Origin: Acidimicrobiia bacterium
Lineage (GTDB): Bacteria > Actinomycetota > Acidimicrobiia > IMCC26256 > JAGNEX01
Assembly (NCBI GenBank): GCA_018003035.1
Contig: JAGNEX010000002.1
Coordinates: 477-64,476 of the forward strand
Reading direction: 5' to 3'
Length of the DNA: 64,000 nucleotides
Below the pieces are notes generated by a model that saw only the letters and a program-made list of their open reading frames with translations, ran no database searches and was not told the origin of the DNA. The position numbers and the translations under genes are program-made. Positions 49,013 through 58,904 of this stretch are shown here, in pieces (position 1 is the stretch's first letter; each line of letters opens with the position of its first letter).

Positions 49013-50197
49013 TCAACGCGGCCAAAGGAACCCACGTTCTTTGAACACGAACCCAGCCTCGACGGCTCTTGCCGCTCGCTCGGCGGCTGTTTGAAAGTCG
49101 ACCGCGAGGCGCTCGGCCAGTTGCTCTACGGTGACCGGTTCGCCGGACAGAGCGCTCATCAGCTCGACGTCGTCCAGGCTGAGTGGTTCGGGCACGTCAT
49201 GTCGCGGGCTGACTCCTGCGCTGGGTACGACCATTCCGAGTTGTGTCAGGACATCGTCGGCTTCCAATAGAGGTATGGCGCCGTCGGCAATCAATCGGTT
49301 GCAACCTTCAGCTGCGGGGTTGCGCCGCGAGCCCGGTATTGCGAACACCGGCCGCCCCGCCGCGAGAGCGTGTTCGACGGTGCTGTGGGTACCCCCAGTT
49401 AACGTGGCTTCGACCACCACGACGACGTCTGCCAACGCGGCGATGAGGCGATTCCGGATGGGGAAGTGGTAGGCCCGAGGCCCGACTCCATACCAGAACT
49501 GGCTGAGCAGAGCGCCGGAGTCGCGAACCTTGCGATGCAGGTCGACGTGTCGCCGGGGATAGACCTGATCCAAACCGGTTCCGACGATGCCAACCGGCAC
49601 CCCGCCGGCCGATATCGCTCCTCGATGAGCTGCGGCGTCGATCCCCAATGCGAGGCCGCTCAGAACGAGCAGGCCGGCCTCGGCCATCGATGCTCCCAAC
49701 TCGGTCGCGTCGATGATTCCGTGCGGTGATGCAGATCTCGTACCGATGATCGCTACCCGCCCCTGACGCCAGTCGACCCGCTGATGTCCCTCGATGACGA
49801 CGGTCGGTGGGAGCCCTTCGACTGGGGACCGCAGGGGGAAGTCCGCGCTGTCGGCAACCCATAGAGCGGATCCGCGGTCGGCGAGGAAGGCGGCGATCTC
49901 GCTGCGAGCTGCGACAAGATCGCTATGGAGCAGCGATGCCCTCTGTTGCCAGCAGCATCCCGTCTGGCAGCGCTCGATCCAGCGCCCTGGAGCGTGGCTA
50001 TGCGCCCTCATTACCAACGCAGCATCGAGCAAACAGGCGCACTGACCGGAACCAGGGTTGGTCGGTTCGCGACTCCACGAGTGCAAGTGAACATCCGGGT
50101 GGTGGGAGCACGGTCCGCATCGAGCGATGTCGAGCCCGAGGCCGGCAAACTGGGGAGATACCTGGGGGCTCACAGCGTTGCTTCCCTGAGATCGCAA
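49013..50197 (-). CDS. dprA: DNA-processing protein DprA
   Basis: Rossmann-like DprA core: VAIIGTRSASPHG, SGLALGIDAAAHRGA, VGTGLDQVYPRRH, FPIRNRLIAAL and VVVVEA. The start is uncertain: 50197 overlaps comM by 28 nt, and an alternative ATG lies at 50011. Confidence 0.88.
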   Translation of the reverse strand: MRSQGSNAVSPQVSPQFAGLGLDIARCGPCSHHPDVHLHSWSREPTNPGSGQCACLLDAALVMRAHSHAPGRWIERCQTGCCWQQRASLLHSDLVAARSEIAAFLADRGSALWVADSADFPLRSPVEGLPPTVVIEGHQRVDWRQGRVAIIGTRSASPHGIIDATELGASMAEAGLLVLSGLALGIDAAAHRGAISAGGVPVGIVGTGLDQVYPRRHVDLHRKVRDSGALLSQFWYGVGPRAYHFPIRNRLIAALADVVVVVEATLTGGTHSTVEHALAAGRPVFAIPGSRRNPAAEGCNRLIADGAIPLLEADDVLTQLGMVVPSAGVSPRHDVPEPLSLDDVELMSALSGEPVTVEQLAERLAVDFQTAAERAARAVEAGFVFKERGFLWPR

Positions 50198-51663
50198 GCC
50201 AACAGTGCGTCTTGCAAAGACGGCTGATCGCGTCCGGCAAGGTCCGCGATGGTCCAGGCGAGGCGGGCGCTGCGGGTCGCGCCTCGCTCACTGACCTTGC
50301 CAACGGATCTTGCGTGGCGAAGAGCCTCTTCCACCGCGCTGGGAAGTGGCATCACCTTGGCTATTTGATGACCCGGAACTTCGCTGTTGCGTCGCCAAGG
50401 GGTGCCAGCGAGGCGACGGGTGGCCCGTTCTGCGGCGTTCGCGACGCTCAGCGCCGCCTTCTCCGATGTCGTAGCTGCAGTCGACGCAGCAGTCGGGGGT
50501 GTCAGCGCGAGGCGCATGTCGAAACGATCGAGCAGGGGTTCGCTCAGTCTCCGCCGGTAGCGGTCGCGTTTGTCTTCGCTGCAGCTACACCGCGGTGGGC
50601 CGAGCCCACAAGGGCACGGGTTTGTACAGGCGACGAGCGCAAACGAGGCCGGGAACACCGCTGCCACTCTGCTTCGAGCGATCCGTACAACTCCCTCTTC
50701 GAGGGGCTGACGAAGAGCATCCAGCGATTGGGGTCGGAACTCGCCCAGCTCGTCAAGAAACAACGTGCCTCTGTGGGCGAGCGTGACCTCGCCGGGGCGG
50801 AGTCGGGCGCTTCCTCCGCCGAGAAGCGCGACGGTGGTCACCGTGTGGTGGGGACGTCGAAAGGGTCGTCGGCGGACAACCCCGCTGAGCGGCGCCAAGC
50901 CCGCTGCTGAGTAGATGCGGGTCAACTCGAGCGCCCCGTCGTCATCGAGCGGGGGCATGATCGATTCGATCCCCTGAGCAATCATCGACTTGCCGATACC
51001 GGGCGGACCGGAGAGGAGCAGGTGGTGACCGCCAGCCGCGGAAAGCATGGCGCAATGAATCGCGAGGTGGTGGCCACGTATGTGGCCTAGATCAACGAGG
51101 TGCTCGTCAACGGTAGCAGGTTGATGTTCGGGAGGCACGTCGTCCCAGGGCCGTTCGCACTTGAGTGCGCGGACAACTGCGTCAAGGTCGGGCGCGGTCA
51201 GAACTTCCACTCCCGGCAGAAGGCCGGCCTCGACGGCGTCTTCGGGTGCGACAATGAGTCGCTTTGCGCCGTCCCGAGCGGCCGCCCAGCCGAGCGCGAG
51301 AACTCCATCGCACGGACGGAGGGTGCCGTCCAGCCCCAGTTCAGCAAAAGCGGCAGTCTCATCGAGTCGGTCGAGGGGTATCACCCCTTCCACCGCGAGG
51401 ATGCCAAGCGCGACAGCGAGGTCGAGGCCAGACCCGGCCTTGGGAACCGACCCCGGCGCCAGGTTGACCGTGATGCGTTTGAGTGGCCAGGGCAGACCGG
51501 ACGAGAGGAGTGCCGCCCGCACCCGGTCGCGGGACTCCCGGACACCAACGTCTGGAAGCCCGACCACGTTGAACGCGGGGAGACCTTGAGAAAGGTGGGT
51601 TTCGACTTCGACGGAATGTCCGTCGATTCCCAAAAGTGTTGCTGAACGAACCGAAGCAAGCAT
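50170..51663 (-). CDS. YifB/ComM family Mg-chelatase-like AAA+ ATPase
   Basis: MLASVRSATLLGIDGHSVEVE N-terminus (ATG 51663), Walker A LLSGPPGIGKSM, LFLDELGEF, and a Cys cluster CTNPCPCG. Confidence 0.9.
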   Translation of the reverse strand: MLASVRSATLLGIDGHSVEVETHLSQGLPAFNVVGLPDVGVRESRDRVRAALLSSGLPWPLKRITVNLAPGSVPKAGSGLDLAVALGILAVEGVIPLDRLDETAAFAELGLDGTLRPCDGVLALGWAAARDGAKRLIVAPEDAVEAGLLPGVEVLTAPDLDAVVRALKCERPWDDVPPEHQPATVDEHLVDLGHIRGHHLAIHCAMLSAAGGHHLLLSGPPGIGKSMIAQGIESIMPPLDDDGALELTRIYSAAGLAPLSGVVRRRPFRRPHHTVTTVALLGGGSARLRPGEVTLAHRGTLFLDELGEFRPQSLDALRQPLEEGVVRIARSRVAAVFPASFALVACTNPCPCGLGPPRCSCSEDKRDRYRRRLSEPLLDRFDMRLALTPPTAASTAATTSEKAALSVANAAERATRRLAGTPWRRNSEVPGHQIAKVMPLPSAVEEALRHARSVGKVSERGATRSARLAWTIADLAGRDQPSLQDALLACDLREATL

Positions 51664-51977
51664 CGAGGAAGCCTTTTTGGCGCAGTGACGGTGAGGAGTC
51701 CTCCTGGTGCAGAGGCGACTCGAAATTGGAGGGCCAGAACACGGCACTTCGATGCACCCCTCACCTTAGGACGAGCCTGTGACAGCCATGCCCGGCAGAC
51801 GTTCGCGTGGCCTCCAGGTATGGAACTCCAATGGGACCGGCGTGGCGCAGAGCCCTACGGAGGCGGCCACGGGGAACCATCCCAGGAGCTCTTTGATGAC
51901 GGCCCCAGCTCCGGCGCTGAGACGCGGTATTCGCACTTCTCGACCCATGTCGCCTGGGGATTGCTCGATAACCTGAC

Positions 51978-52625
51978 GTGGTTATGCAGCTCTTGTGGGT
52001 GCTCGCCCAGGTAAACGAGCAAGTGGTTGACGGTGCGCGTTGGCCGCTGTTCTTGGCTATCGCCCTGGCGCTCGGCTTTTGTTTCGCGACGCTGGTGTTC
52101 CTCGGCAAGGACAACGGCGTCGCGCCGGACGAAGTCGCGCTCGGTTACGAGTATGCCTGGGATCGACTGGATTTCGCGGCGATCTGGGCGATGAGTACCC
52201 CCGATATGCGGCAGGGGCGTGGCAGGGACACCTTCGTGGCGGACAAGAAGCGTGCAATTCCCCCGACACATGTGAAGGGGACCCTGAGCCACGTGAGCCT
52301 TGAAGCGGCCAAGCGGGAACGCCACCGGGTGTTGTACAACACGACGCTTCACCTGGTAGATGGCAGTACCTTCCAGAATGAAATCCTCGTTGTTCGGAAC
52401 CCGGGGTCCTGGCTCGTTGCCGAATACCACACTCAGATGCCCGGTCTCGGAGGCGACGGTGCGTCGGCCGGCGAGATACAGCAAACGGCCTCCGCGCCAC
52501 AGGACCCCAGCGTCCGACCGCCGACCGGAACAAACGTCGCTACGGTTGAGTCTCCCGCTTCGGACGGTGACGGAGCGGAACCAAAGGGCACTCTCGCCGG
52601 GCCAGAACCGCTACAGCAGGCATAG
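51978..52625 (+). CDS. hypothetical membrane-anchored protein
   Basis: It has strong third-position G/C bias in this frame, unlike the overlapping minus-strand ORF. One N-terminal TM helix (WPLFLAIALALGFCFATLVFL) and a Pro/Ala/Ser-rich tail. No family recognised. The start is GTG 51978 or ATG 51984. Confidence 0.55.
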   Translation: MVMQLLWVLAQVNEQVVDGARWPLFLAIALALGFCFATLVFLGKDNGVAPDEVALGYEYAWDRLDFAAIWAMSTPDMRQGRGRDTFVADKKRAIPPTHVKGTLSHVSLEAAKRERHRVLYNTTLHLVDGSTFQNEILVVRNPGSWLVAEYHTQMPGLGGDGASAGEIQQTASAPQDPSVRPPTGTNVATVESPASDGDGAEPKGTLAGPEPLQQA

Positions 52626-52627
52626 TC

Positions 52628-53368
52628 GTGTGCGGGCGCTTTGTCAGTTCGGCAAGCATCGACCAGATCCGAACTCTGTTCGAAGTCGAAAAGGCCAAGA
52701 TCGCTGATGACGACTACGAGCCGCATTACAACGTGGCTCCCACGATGGAAGTTCCAGCAGTTGCCGACGTTGCAGGCCAGCGCACACTTGGGCTGATGTT
52801 CTGGGGCTACGCGCCCGAGCGTTTTCAGCGAGGCAACCCGCGCAACACGATCAATGCTCGTTCCGAAACCGCTGCAACCTCAGGCTATTTCCGGTCGTCG
52901 CTAGCGAAACGTCGATGCCTGATTCCCGCGAACGGTTTCTTTGAATGGCAGAACGTTGGCGCGGTCAAGGTGCCTCACCTCTTCCAACCCGCCGACGGTA
53001 CGCTGTTCGCATTCGGAGCGATTTGGGCACCGCGGTCCAAGTCGTCAGAGGATGCTCCGGCCGCAGGCTTTGCTGTCCTCACCACGGCTCCCAACGAGAT
53101 TGTGGGTGCTATTCACGACCGAATGCCGGTGATCCTCCCCAGGGACCATTGGGACTTTTGGCTTGACCCTGCCATGGATGATCCCCGGATCGCTCAACAG
53201 TTGTGCGTCCCGCTACCGTCAGCGGACATCGTGTCGGTCGAAGTCGGGCGCCGCGTGAACGACGTGCGCAACGACGATCCTGATTGCGTGCTGCCCGTCC
53301 CTGCAAGGTCTCCAGGTGCCCCGCCGGGTGAACCGAGGAACGAGCAGGTGGGCGGTCGGCTTTGGTGA
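52628..53368 (+). CDS. SOS response-associated peptidase (SRAP / YedK-like)
   Basis: N-terminal (M)CGRF catalytic Cys2, HYNVAPT, FFEWQ and the HDRMPVIL motif. The GTG start is 2 nt after the previous stop. Confidence 0.88.
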   Translation: MCGRFVSSASIDQIRTLFEVEKAKIADDDYEPHYNVAPTMEVPAVADVAGQRTLGLMFWGYAPERFQRGNPRNTINARSETAATSGYFRSSLAKRRCLIPANGFFEWQNVGAVKVPHLFQPADGTLFAFGAIWAPRSKSSEDAPAAGFAVLTTAPNEIVGAIHDRMPVILPRDHWDFWLDPAMDDPRIAQQLCVPLPSADIVSVEVGRRVNDVRNDDPDCVLPVPARSPGAPPGEPRNEQVGGRLW

Positions 53369-53449
53369 CCCAAGGGCGCTCAGAGCCGCTGGCCGCTCGG
53401 CTCCCGGCGGTCGACTAACTCGAAGCTCCGAACCGGTACCGTTGACGTA

Positions 53450-54367
53450 ATGACTTGGCACATCGAGGAGTTCATACTCTCGCTGGCGGACAAGAGTCCA
53501 CACACGCGTCGCGCCTACCAGGTCGATGTCCAGGCCCTCACTGCTTGGGCGTTGCGGGGGGAGGCCGACTCTCCCAGCGATCTTGACCATCCGGCCCTTC
53601 GGCGTTTTTTGTCGTTCCAACGAACTCTCGGTCGATCCGAGCGCTCAGTCGCACGCCGCGCGGCCGGAATTCGTGCCTACTTTGCCTGGCTCGCCAAGAC
53701 GGGCAAGATCGACTCAGATCCGGCAGCCAACCTTCGTGCCCCGGCCAACACGCAGCGCCTCCCATCGGTCCCCAAAGAGATCGAGGCCGAATATCTCTTG
53801 GATGAAGCGGCCGAAAGGGTTAGATCAACCTCAATTTCTTCGGATCAAGCGGATCAGGTCCAGCGGGCCAGACTCCTCATGGAGCACGCGATATTGGAGC
53901 TCCTCTACGGGGCGGGGCTGAGAGTCAGCGAACTATGTGGTCTTGACTGGCAGGACTACGACGCGCGGAATCGCACCCTAACGGTGCTGGGTAAAGGCTC
54001 AAAGTACCGCCGATTACCCCTCCATCAAGCCGCGTGCGGATCGCTGGAAAAGTACCTAGATGAAGGGCGCCCACACCTCGACCAATCCACGGGCGGACGA
54101 GCAGTATTTCTGAACCGCACAGCAAAACGGATGAACCCGCGTGACGTACGACGTATCCTTGGCAAGTATCCACTTCCAGATGGCCGGGTTTTGCACCCTC
54201 ACCAGTGGCGCCACGCGTTCGCAACCCACTTGTTGCGCGGGGGCGCGGACGTTCGAGTTGTTCAAGAGTTGCTCGGCCATGCGGACGTGGAAACGACGCA
54301 GTTGTACACGCACCTGACAAAGGACCACGTGCGGTCCGTTTATGAAGCGACCCACCCCAGGGCATGA
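53450..54367 (+). CDS. xerC: site-specific tyrosine recombinase XerC
   Basis: SAM-like N-domain, LLYGAGLRVSELCGL (Arg I), and HQWRHAFATHLLRGGADVRVVQELLGHADVETTQLYTHL (HxxR...Y). It is in the conserved position near dprA, so it is a housekeeping gene rather than a mobile-element integrase. Confidence 0.88.
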   Translation: MTWHIEEFILSLADKSPHTRRAYQVDVQALTAWALRGEADSPSDLDHPALRRFLSFQRTLGRSERSVARRAAGIRAYFAWLAKTGKIDSDPAANLRAPANTQRLPSVPKEIEAEYLLDEAAERVRSTSISSDQADQVQRARLLMEHAILELLYGAGLRVSELCGLDWQDYDARNRTLTVLGKGSKYRRLPLHQAACGSLEKYLDEGRPHLDQSTGGRAVFLNRTAKRMNPRDVRRILGKYPLPDGRVLHPHQWRHAFATHLLRGGADVRVVQELLGHADVETTQLYTHLTKDHVRSVYEATHPRA

Positions 54368-54383
54368 GGTGAGCGCCGCTTAG

Positions 54384-55166
54384 ATGCCCGGGGACAACAT
54401 GCCGGTGGAACAAGACGAACAACTCGATACTTTGTGGTCTCAATATAAGGAGACCGCAGATAGCGACGTTCGCAGCCGGCTAATTCTTCACTATTCGCCA
54501 CTGGTCAAGTTCGTTGCAGGACGTGTCGCCGTTGGTCTTCCGCATAACGTCGACCAGCGCGACCTGGTGAGTTATGGAATGTTCGGCCTTATCGACGCGA
54601 TCGAGAAGTTCGATTTGGGTCGAGGTTTCAAATTCGAGACCTACGCAATAAGTCGAATCAAAGGCGCAATCATCGATGAGCTGCGCTCGATGGACTGGGT
54701 GCCTCGTTCGGTTCGGGCCAAAGCGCGAGAGATCGAACGCGCGTGTTCCAAACTGGAAAACGAGCTGAAGCGTTCGCCGACAGACGCCGAAATCGCTGAA
54801 GAGGTCGGAATGTCCGATCGGCAGTTGCGTGACACCTTGTCGCAGATCAGCTTCGTCGGGCTCGTATCCGTTGAAGAAACGGCGGGGCGGGACGAAAACG
54901 GCGCAACCATCCGCGAAACGATTGCCGACACCGGCGCCGACCCGATGCGGGCGTTCGAAGTCGAAGAGATGCGCTACCTGCTCGCCGACGCGATTAACCG
55001 GCTTTCCGAACGCGAGCGGCTGGTGCTCACCTTCTACTATTACGAAGGCATGACGCTGGCCGAGATCGGCGACATTATCGGGGTGACCGAATCTCGAGTC
55101 TGCCAAATCCACACCAAGGCAATCATGCAGCTTCGGTCCAAGTTCGTCGACGCTGAAGGGCGTTGA
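54384..55166 (+). CDS. RNA polymerase sigma factor, FliA/WhiG (sigma-28) family
   Basis: Region 2 (DLVSYGMFGLIDAIEKFDLGRGFKFETYAISRIKGAIIDELR), region 3, and region 4 HTH (LTFYYYEGMTLAEIGDIIGVTESRVCQIHTKA). The same neighbourhood (M23 peptidase, rpsB) surrounds whiG in Streptomyces. Confidence 0.85.
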   Translation: MPGDNMPVEQDEQLDTLWSQYKETADSDVRSRLILHYSPLVKFVAGRVAVGLPHNVDQRDLVSYGMFGLIDAIEKFDLGRGFKFETYAISRIKGAIIDELRSMDWVPRSVRAKAREIERACSKLENELKRSPTDAEIAEEVGMSDRQLRDTLSQISFVGLVSVEETAGRDENGATIRETIADTGADPMRAFEVEEMRYLLADAINRLSERERLVLTFYYYEGMTLAEIGDIIGVTESRVCQIHTKAIMQLRSKFVDAEGR

Positions 55167-55357
55167 CCACTACTCCCAACGTGGCCGGTTGCCGCCGCCT
55201 TTTGTAAGAACACGCTGCTGGGCGAGCCGAGGCTTTTAGGTTGGCTACGCCCCATGATTCGCCCTTCGTTCGCGGCGCGCTGGTTCTCCTCCAGCCCGAG
55301 CGGATCCGACCCGGATCCCTTCTGAGCTTTCACGTTCTCAACGGAGGAACCGTGCCT

Positions 55358-55987
55358 GTGTGTTATGCCGAGCTCCGGCCATTTTGGTCCATTTCGCCAA
55401 GTCGAAACCGGCTGCTCTCGACGATCAAGACGCTTCTCGTTCTCCTCGTGATCGGTGCTTCTTTCATCCTGCCCGGGAGTGCGTCTGCCCAGGTGAGGGG
55501 CACGTGTGGAGCCTGGTCCGCTGTTTCGGGCACGATCGTCAAGGATTTTGATCCTCCGGTGACCCGGTTCGGCAGGGGCCATCGCGGAATCAAGGTGGAC
55601 GTGGGCGCTGGAGCTCCCATTAGGGCTACGCAGGCCGGCGTGATCCGCTTCGTGGGTTCGGTGGCTGGCACGCCGTGGGTCAGCGTTCAGCTCGGTGATG
55701 GGACGATCTCGACCTTTGGCGGAGCGGTCGGGGTGGGGTTTAATCCCGGTGACAGCGTTTCGCCGGGCGATGTGGTCGCGCAGGCGCAAAGCGCCATCAT
55801 CCACGTCGGTCTTCGCTCCGGCGAGGACTACCTGGACCCGATTGGACTGCTGGGCGGGGTTCCCGGTCGGGTGAGGCTGACGCGCTGGGGTGGAGACCTC
55901 GGTCCACCTCCCGAGCTCTGCCGCGTTCTGGCTCAAACCTCAGACGCCCTCGTGGCAGTCGTCTCACGAGGCTTCCCTGCTCCGTAA
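55358..55987 (+). CDS. M23 family metallopeptidase (secreted)
   Basis: Signal peptide LLVLLVIGASFILPGSASA, then HRGIKVDVGAGAPIRATQAGVIRFVG and HVGLRSGEDYLDP (LytM/M23 motifs). The proposed start is GTG 55358, 9 nt after ggagga. The track ORF begins at TTG 55241. Confidence 0.82.
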   Translation: MCYAELRPFWSISPSRNRLLSTIKTLLVLLVIGASFILPGSASAQVRGTCGAWSAVSGTIVKDFDPPVTRFGRGHRGIKVDVGAGAPIRATQAGVIRFVGSVAGTPWVSVQLGDGTISTFGGAVGVGFNPGDSVSPGDVVAQAQSAIIHVGLRSGEDYLDPIGLLGGVPGRVRLTRWGGDLGPPPELCRVLAQTSDALVAVVSRGFPAP

Positions 55988-56159
55988 GCGGAAGTATCCG
56001 ATGAAAGACGCGAGAGATGTTCCGATAGAGTTGTCGGGCTAATCGCCTGTCAATCCCGATGGGTGCTTATTCATCTCAGACTTGCGATCCCAAGGTCACC
56101 AGGCCGCTTCCGAGCGCTGGTGCGCGCGAGTCGACGTCGAACCGAGGGAAGGACCCACC

Positions 56160-57158
56160 GTGGCCGTTGTCACTATGAAAGAACTGCTCCAGGCAGGTAT
56201 GCATTTCGGGCATCAAACCCGTCGCTGGAACCCGAAGATGAAGCGATACATCCTCGGCGAGCGCAATGGAATTTACTTGCTCGACCTGCGCCAAAGCCTG
56301 AGCGGCATCGAGCAGTCCTACATTTACATCCGCGACATGGTTGCCGATGGCGGCAACATTTTGTTCGTGGGTACCAAGAAGCAAGCCCAGGATGCGGTTT
56401 CCAACGAGGCTCACCGTGTCGGCATGCCGTATGTGAACGAGCGTTGGTTGGGTGGTCTCTTGACCAACTTCACCACCATGAGCGCTCGGACCGCCAAAAT
56501 GCGGGACCTCGAACGTCGCCAACGACTTGGCGAGTTCGAACTGATGCCTAAGAAGGAAGCCCTGCTGCTGACCCGCGAGATGGAGAAGCTTCAGCGTTAC
56601 CTCGGCGGAATCCGCCACATGGAGCGTGTCCCTGACGCGTTGTTTGTCATCGACACCAAGAAGGAATACATCGCCGTCACCGAAGCGAACCGCCTCGGAA
56701 TCCCGGTTGTCGCGATCGTCGACACCAACTGTGACCCCGATGTGATCGACTTCCCGATCCCGGGCAACGACGACGCGATCCGTTCCACGAGCCTGATCGC
56801 ACGGGTCATCGCCGACGCCGTCTCGGAAGGTCGCCGTCTGGCCGCACACCGTGGGAACGCGTCAGCGGTCGCAACCGAAGACGTCGCTACACCGGCAGCC
56901 AATCCGGAAGAGATCAAGCGCAAGGCCCAAGAGCAGATGCGAGCACGCGTCCTGGCCCAGCAGCAACAAAAAGAGCGTGAAGCCCGCCTGCTCGAGGCAA
57001 AGCGCAAGGCCAAGGAAGAGCGGGATGCCGCCGAAGCAACTCAGGAAGATGCCGAGGAATCTTCCGAACCTGCTGAAGCGCCGGTAGCTGAAGCTCCCGC
57101 TGCGGCGGCCGAGGCACCCGCAGAGTCGTCCGGCGACGAAAGTGCGGCCGAGGCCTAA
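56160..57158 (+). CDS. rpsB: 30S ribosomal protein S2 (with ~90-aa charged C-terminal extension)
   Basis: The GTG at 56160 gives (M)[26 protein letters not shown], the canonical S2 start. The C-terminus is a Lys/Glu/Ala-rich low-complexity tail. Confidence 0.95.
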   Translation: MAVVTMKELLQAGMHFGHQTRRWNPKMKRYILGERNGIYLLDLRQSLSGIEQSYIYIRDMVADGGNILFVGTKKQAQDAVSNEAHRVGMPYVNERWLGGLLTNFTTMSARTAKMRDLERRQRLGEFELMPKKEALLLTREMEKLQRYLGGIRHMERVPDALFVIDTKKEYIAVTEANRLGIPVVAIVDTNCDPDVIDFPIPGNDDAIRSTSLIARVIADAVSEGRRLAAHRGNASAVATEDVATPAANPEEIKRKAQEQMRARVLAQQQQKEREARLLEAKRKAKEERDAAEATQEDAEESSEPAEAPVAEAPAAAAEAPAESSGDESAAEA

Positions 57159-57257
57159 AACTCTGGGACTTTCAACAGTCCGTCTCGGGTTACAAGTCAT
57201 TCCACGCGGCCCGATCGATCGGGCCGCGTGTCGAATTCACCAGAAAGCAGAATCACC

Positions 57258-58106
57258 ATGGCGAACATCGCTGCAAAGGACGTCGCCGCGCTCCGCAAGC
57301 TGACGGGCGCAGGCATGATGGATTGCAAGAAGGCACTCGGTGAGACCGAAGGCGACATCGAAGCGGCCAAGACATGGCTGCGGGAAAAGGGACTCGCGGC
57401 TGCTGCAAAGCGTACGGGTCGTGACGCCACACAAGGGTCGGTTGTTGTCGCGCGTAGCGAGGACACAGCCGTCGTCCTCGAACTGGCGTGTGAAACCGAC
57501 TTCGTCGCAAAGGGCGAGGGGTTCTTGGACTTTGCTCAGCAGTTGGCAGATCAGGCGCTCACCGATGGGTCAGATCTCCTCAGCCAGAAGTTCGGGGACA
57601 CTACAGAGACCGTCGACGAGGCGATCAAGTCTCTCGCTGGCTCCCTCGGCGAGAACATCAGCCTCGGCCGTGTCGAGCGGTTCCAGTCCGACAGCGGCCT
57701 GCTCGATGTCTACCTCCACGTTCAATCCGATCGTGGCGTGCTTGGTGTCGTCGTCGAGATCGACGGTGTGGATCGCGGTTCGCAACAAGCCAAGGACACC
57801 GCTCACGATGTGGCCCTTCACATCGCGTCGGCCGCTCCTCGCTACGTGACCGATGACCAGGTCCCCGAGTCGGAGATCGTGGCTGAGCGCGAAGTTGTCG
57901 CGGTCCAGGCGCAAGGTGAAGGAAAGCCTGAGAACGTCACGGCCAAGATCGTCGAAGGACGGATGAAGGCCTTCCTCAAAGAGATCGTGCTCGTCGATCA
58001 GCCGTACATCCGTGATACCTCGGTGACCGTGGGCCAGCTGGTTTCACAGCTCGGCCCGGACGCCAAGGTGACGCGCTTTGCCCGCGTCAAGATCGGCGAA
58101 AACTAG
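57258..58106 (+). CDS. tsf: translation elongation factor Ts
   Basis: [27 protein letters not shown] is the UBA-like EF-Ts N-terminus. ATG verified at 57258. Confidence 0.95.
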   Translation: MANIAAKDVAALRKLTGAGMMDCKKALGETEGDIEAAKTWLREKGLAAAAKRTGRDATQGSVVVARSEDTAVVLELACETDFVAKGEGFLDFAQQLADQALTDGSDLLSQKFGDTTETVDEAIKSLAGSLGENISLGRVERFQSDSGLLDVYLHVQSDRGVLGVVVEIDGVDRGSQQAKDTAHDVALHIASAAPRYVTDDQVPESEIVAEREVVAVQAQGEGKPENVTAKIVEGRMKAFLKEIVLVDQPYIRDTSVTVGQLVSQLGPDAKVTRFARVKIGEN

Positions 58107-58116
58107 GCTTGGGAGT

Positions 58117-58863
58117 GTGAACGCTCCCGCCAGGTACCAAAGAGTCGTCCTCAAGCTTTCCGGAGAGGCATTTGCCAATGCCCAAACCGGATACGGCATC
58201 GATGCTGGTGTCGTTCAGCGCATCGCTGAGGAGGTGACTCAAGCCCGGCGGGAGCTCAACACCGACATCGCCATCGTGGTCGGTGGCGGCAACATCTTCC
58301 GGGGCCTCCAAGGATCTGACCGCGGTATGGACCGGGTGACTGCAGACCATATGGGAATGCTCGGCACCGTGATCAACGCCCTTGCTATTCAGGACGCCCT
58401 GGAAGCGGCGGGACAGCCCACAAGGGTGCAGACCGCCCTTGAGGTCCGAGCGGTCGCTGAGCCCTACATTCGCCGGCGTGCCATGCGTCACCTCGAAAAG
58501 GGGCGGGTCGTCGTGTTCGCTGCGGGGACGGGCAACCCGTATTTCACTACCGACTCGACCGCCGCCCTCCGCGCCGCCGAGATCGGTGCCGACGTGATCT
58601 TGAAGGGAACCCATTCAGGAGTCGACGGTGTCTATGACGATGACCCTCGAGCCAATCCTGATGCTTCGCGGTTCGACTCAATCTCGTTTCGCGAGGTGAT
58701 GGAACGCAACCTCGGCGTCATGGATTCGACGGCGGTCGCCCTCGCTATGGATAACGACATCCCCATCGTCGTTTTTGACATGACCACACCGGGAAACATC
58801 AACAGTGCTCTCGCTGGAAGTGACATCGGTACCTTCGTCGGTTCAGACGCCCCGCTCGGGTAG
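58117..58863 (+). CDS. pyrH: UMP kinase
   Basis: The GTG at 58117 follows gggag. [23 protein letters not shown] and [19 protein letters not shown] are present. Confidence 0.93.
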   Translation: MNAPARYQRVVLKLSGEAFANAQTGYGIDAGVVQRIAEEVTQARRELNTDIAIVVGGGNIFRGLQGSDRGMDRVTADHMGMLGTVINALAIQDALEAAGQPTRVQTALEVRAVAEPYIRRRAMRHLEKGRVVVFAAGTGNPYFTTDSTAALRAAEIGADVILKGTHSGVDGVYDDDPRANPDASRFDSISFREVMERNLGVMDSTAVALAMDNDIPIVVFDMTTPGNINSALAGSDIGTFVGSDAPLG

Positions 58864-58904
58864 TCTTTGCCCCCGGTTAGTCAGGTACACCAGAGGGAGC
58901 TGTC

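Noticed and set aside
51855-52484. 209-aa minus-strand ORF overlapping the hypothetical membrane protein gene
   Set aside because: Third-codon-position G/C bias and a clean TM helix favour the plus-strand frame (51978-52625). The minus frame lacks both.
52661-52685. LexA-box-like ccGAACtctGTTCgaa inside the SRAP gene
   Set aside because: The half-site spacing is 3 nt, not 4, and the site is intragenic. It does not fit the GAAC-N4-GTTC rule.
53450-54367. Is the tyrosine recombinase a sign of an integrated mobile element?
   Set aside because: Its sequence and position (near dprA, upstream of whiG-like/M23/rpsB) match housekeeping XerC. No att-like repeats, phage genes or transposase genes are nearby.
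55040-56849. 298-aa and 257-aa minus-strand ORFs opposite the M23 peptidase and rpsB
   Set aside because: The plus-strand genes are unambiguous (M23 motifs, canonical S2). The minus-strand frames have no motifs.
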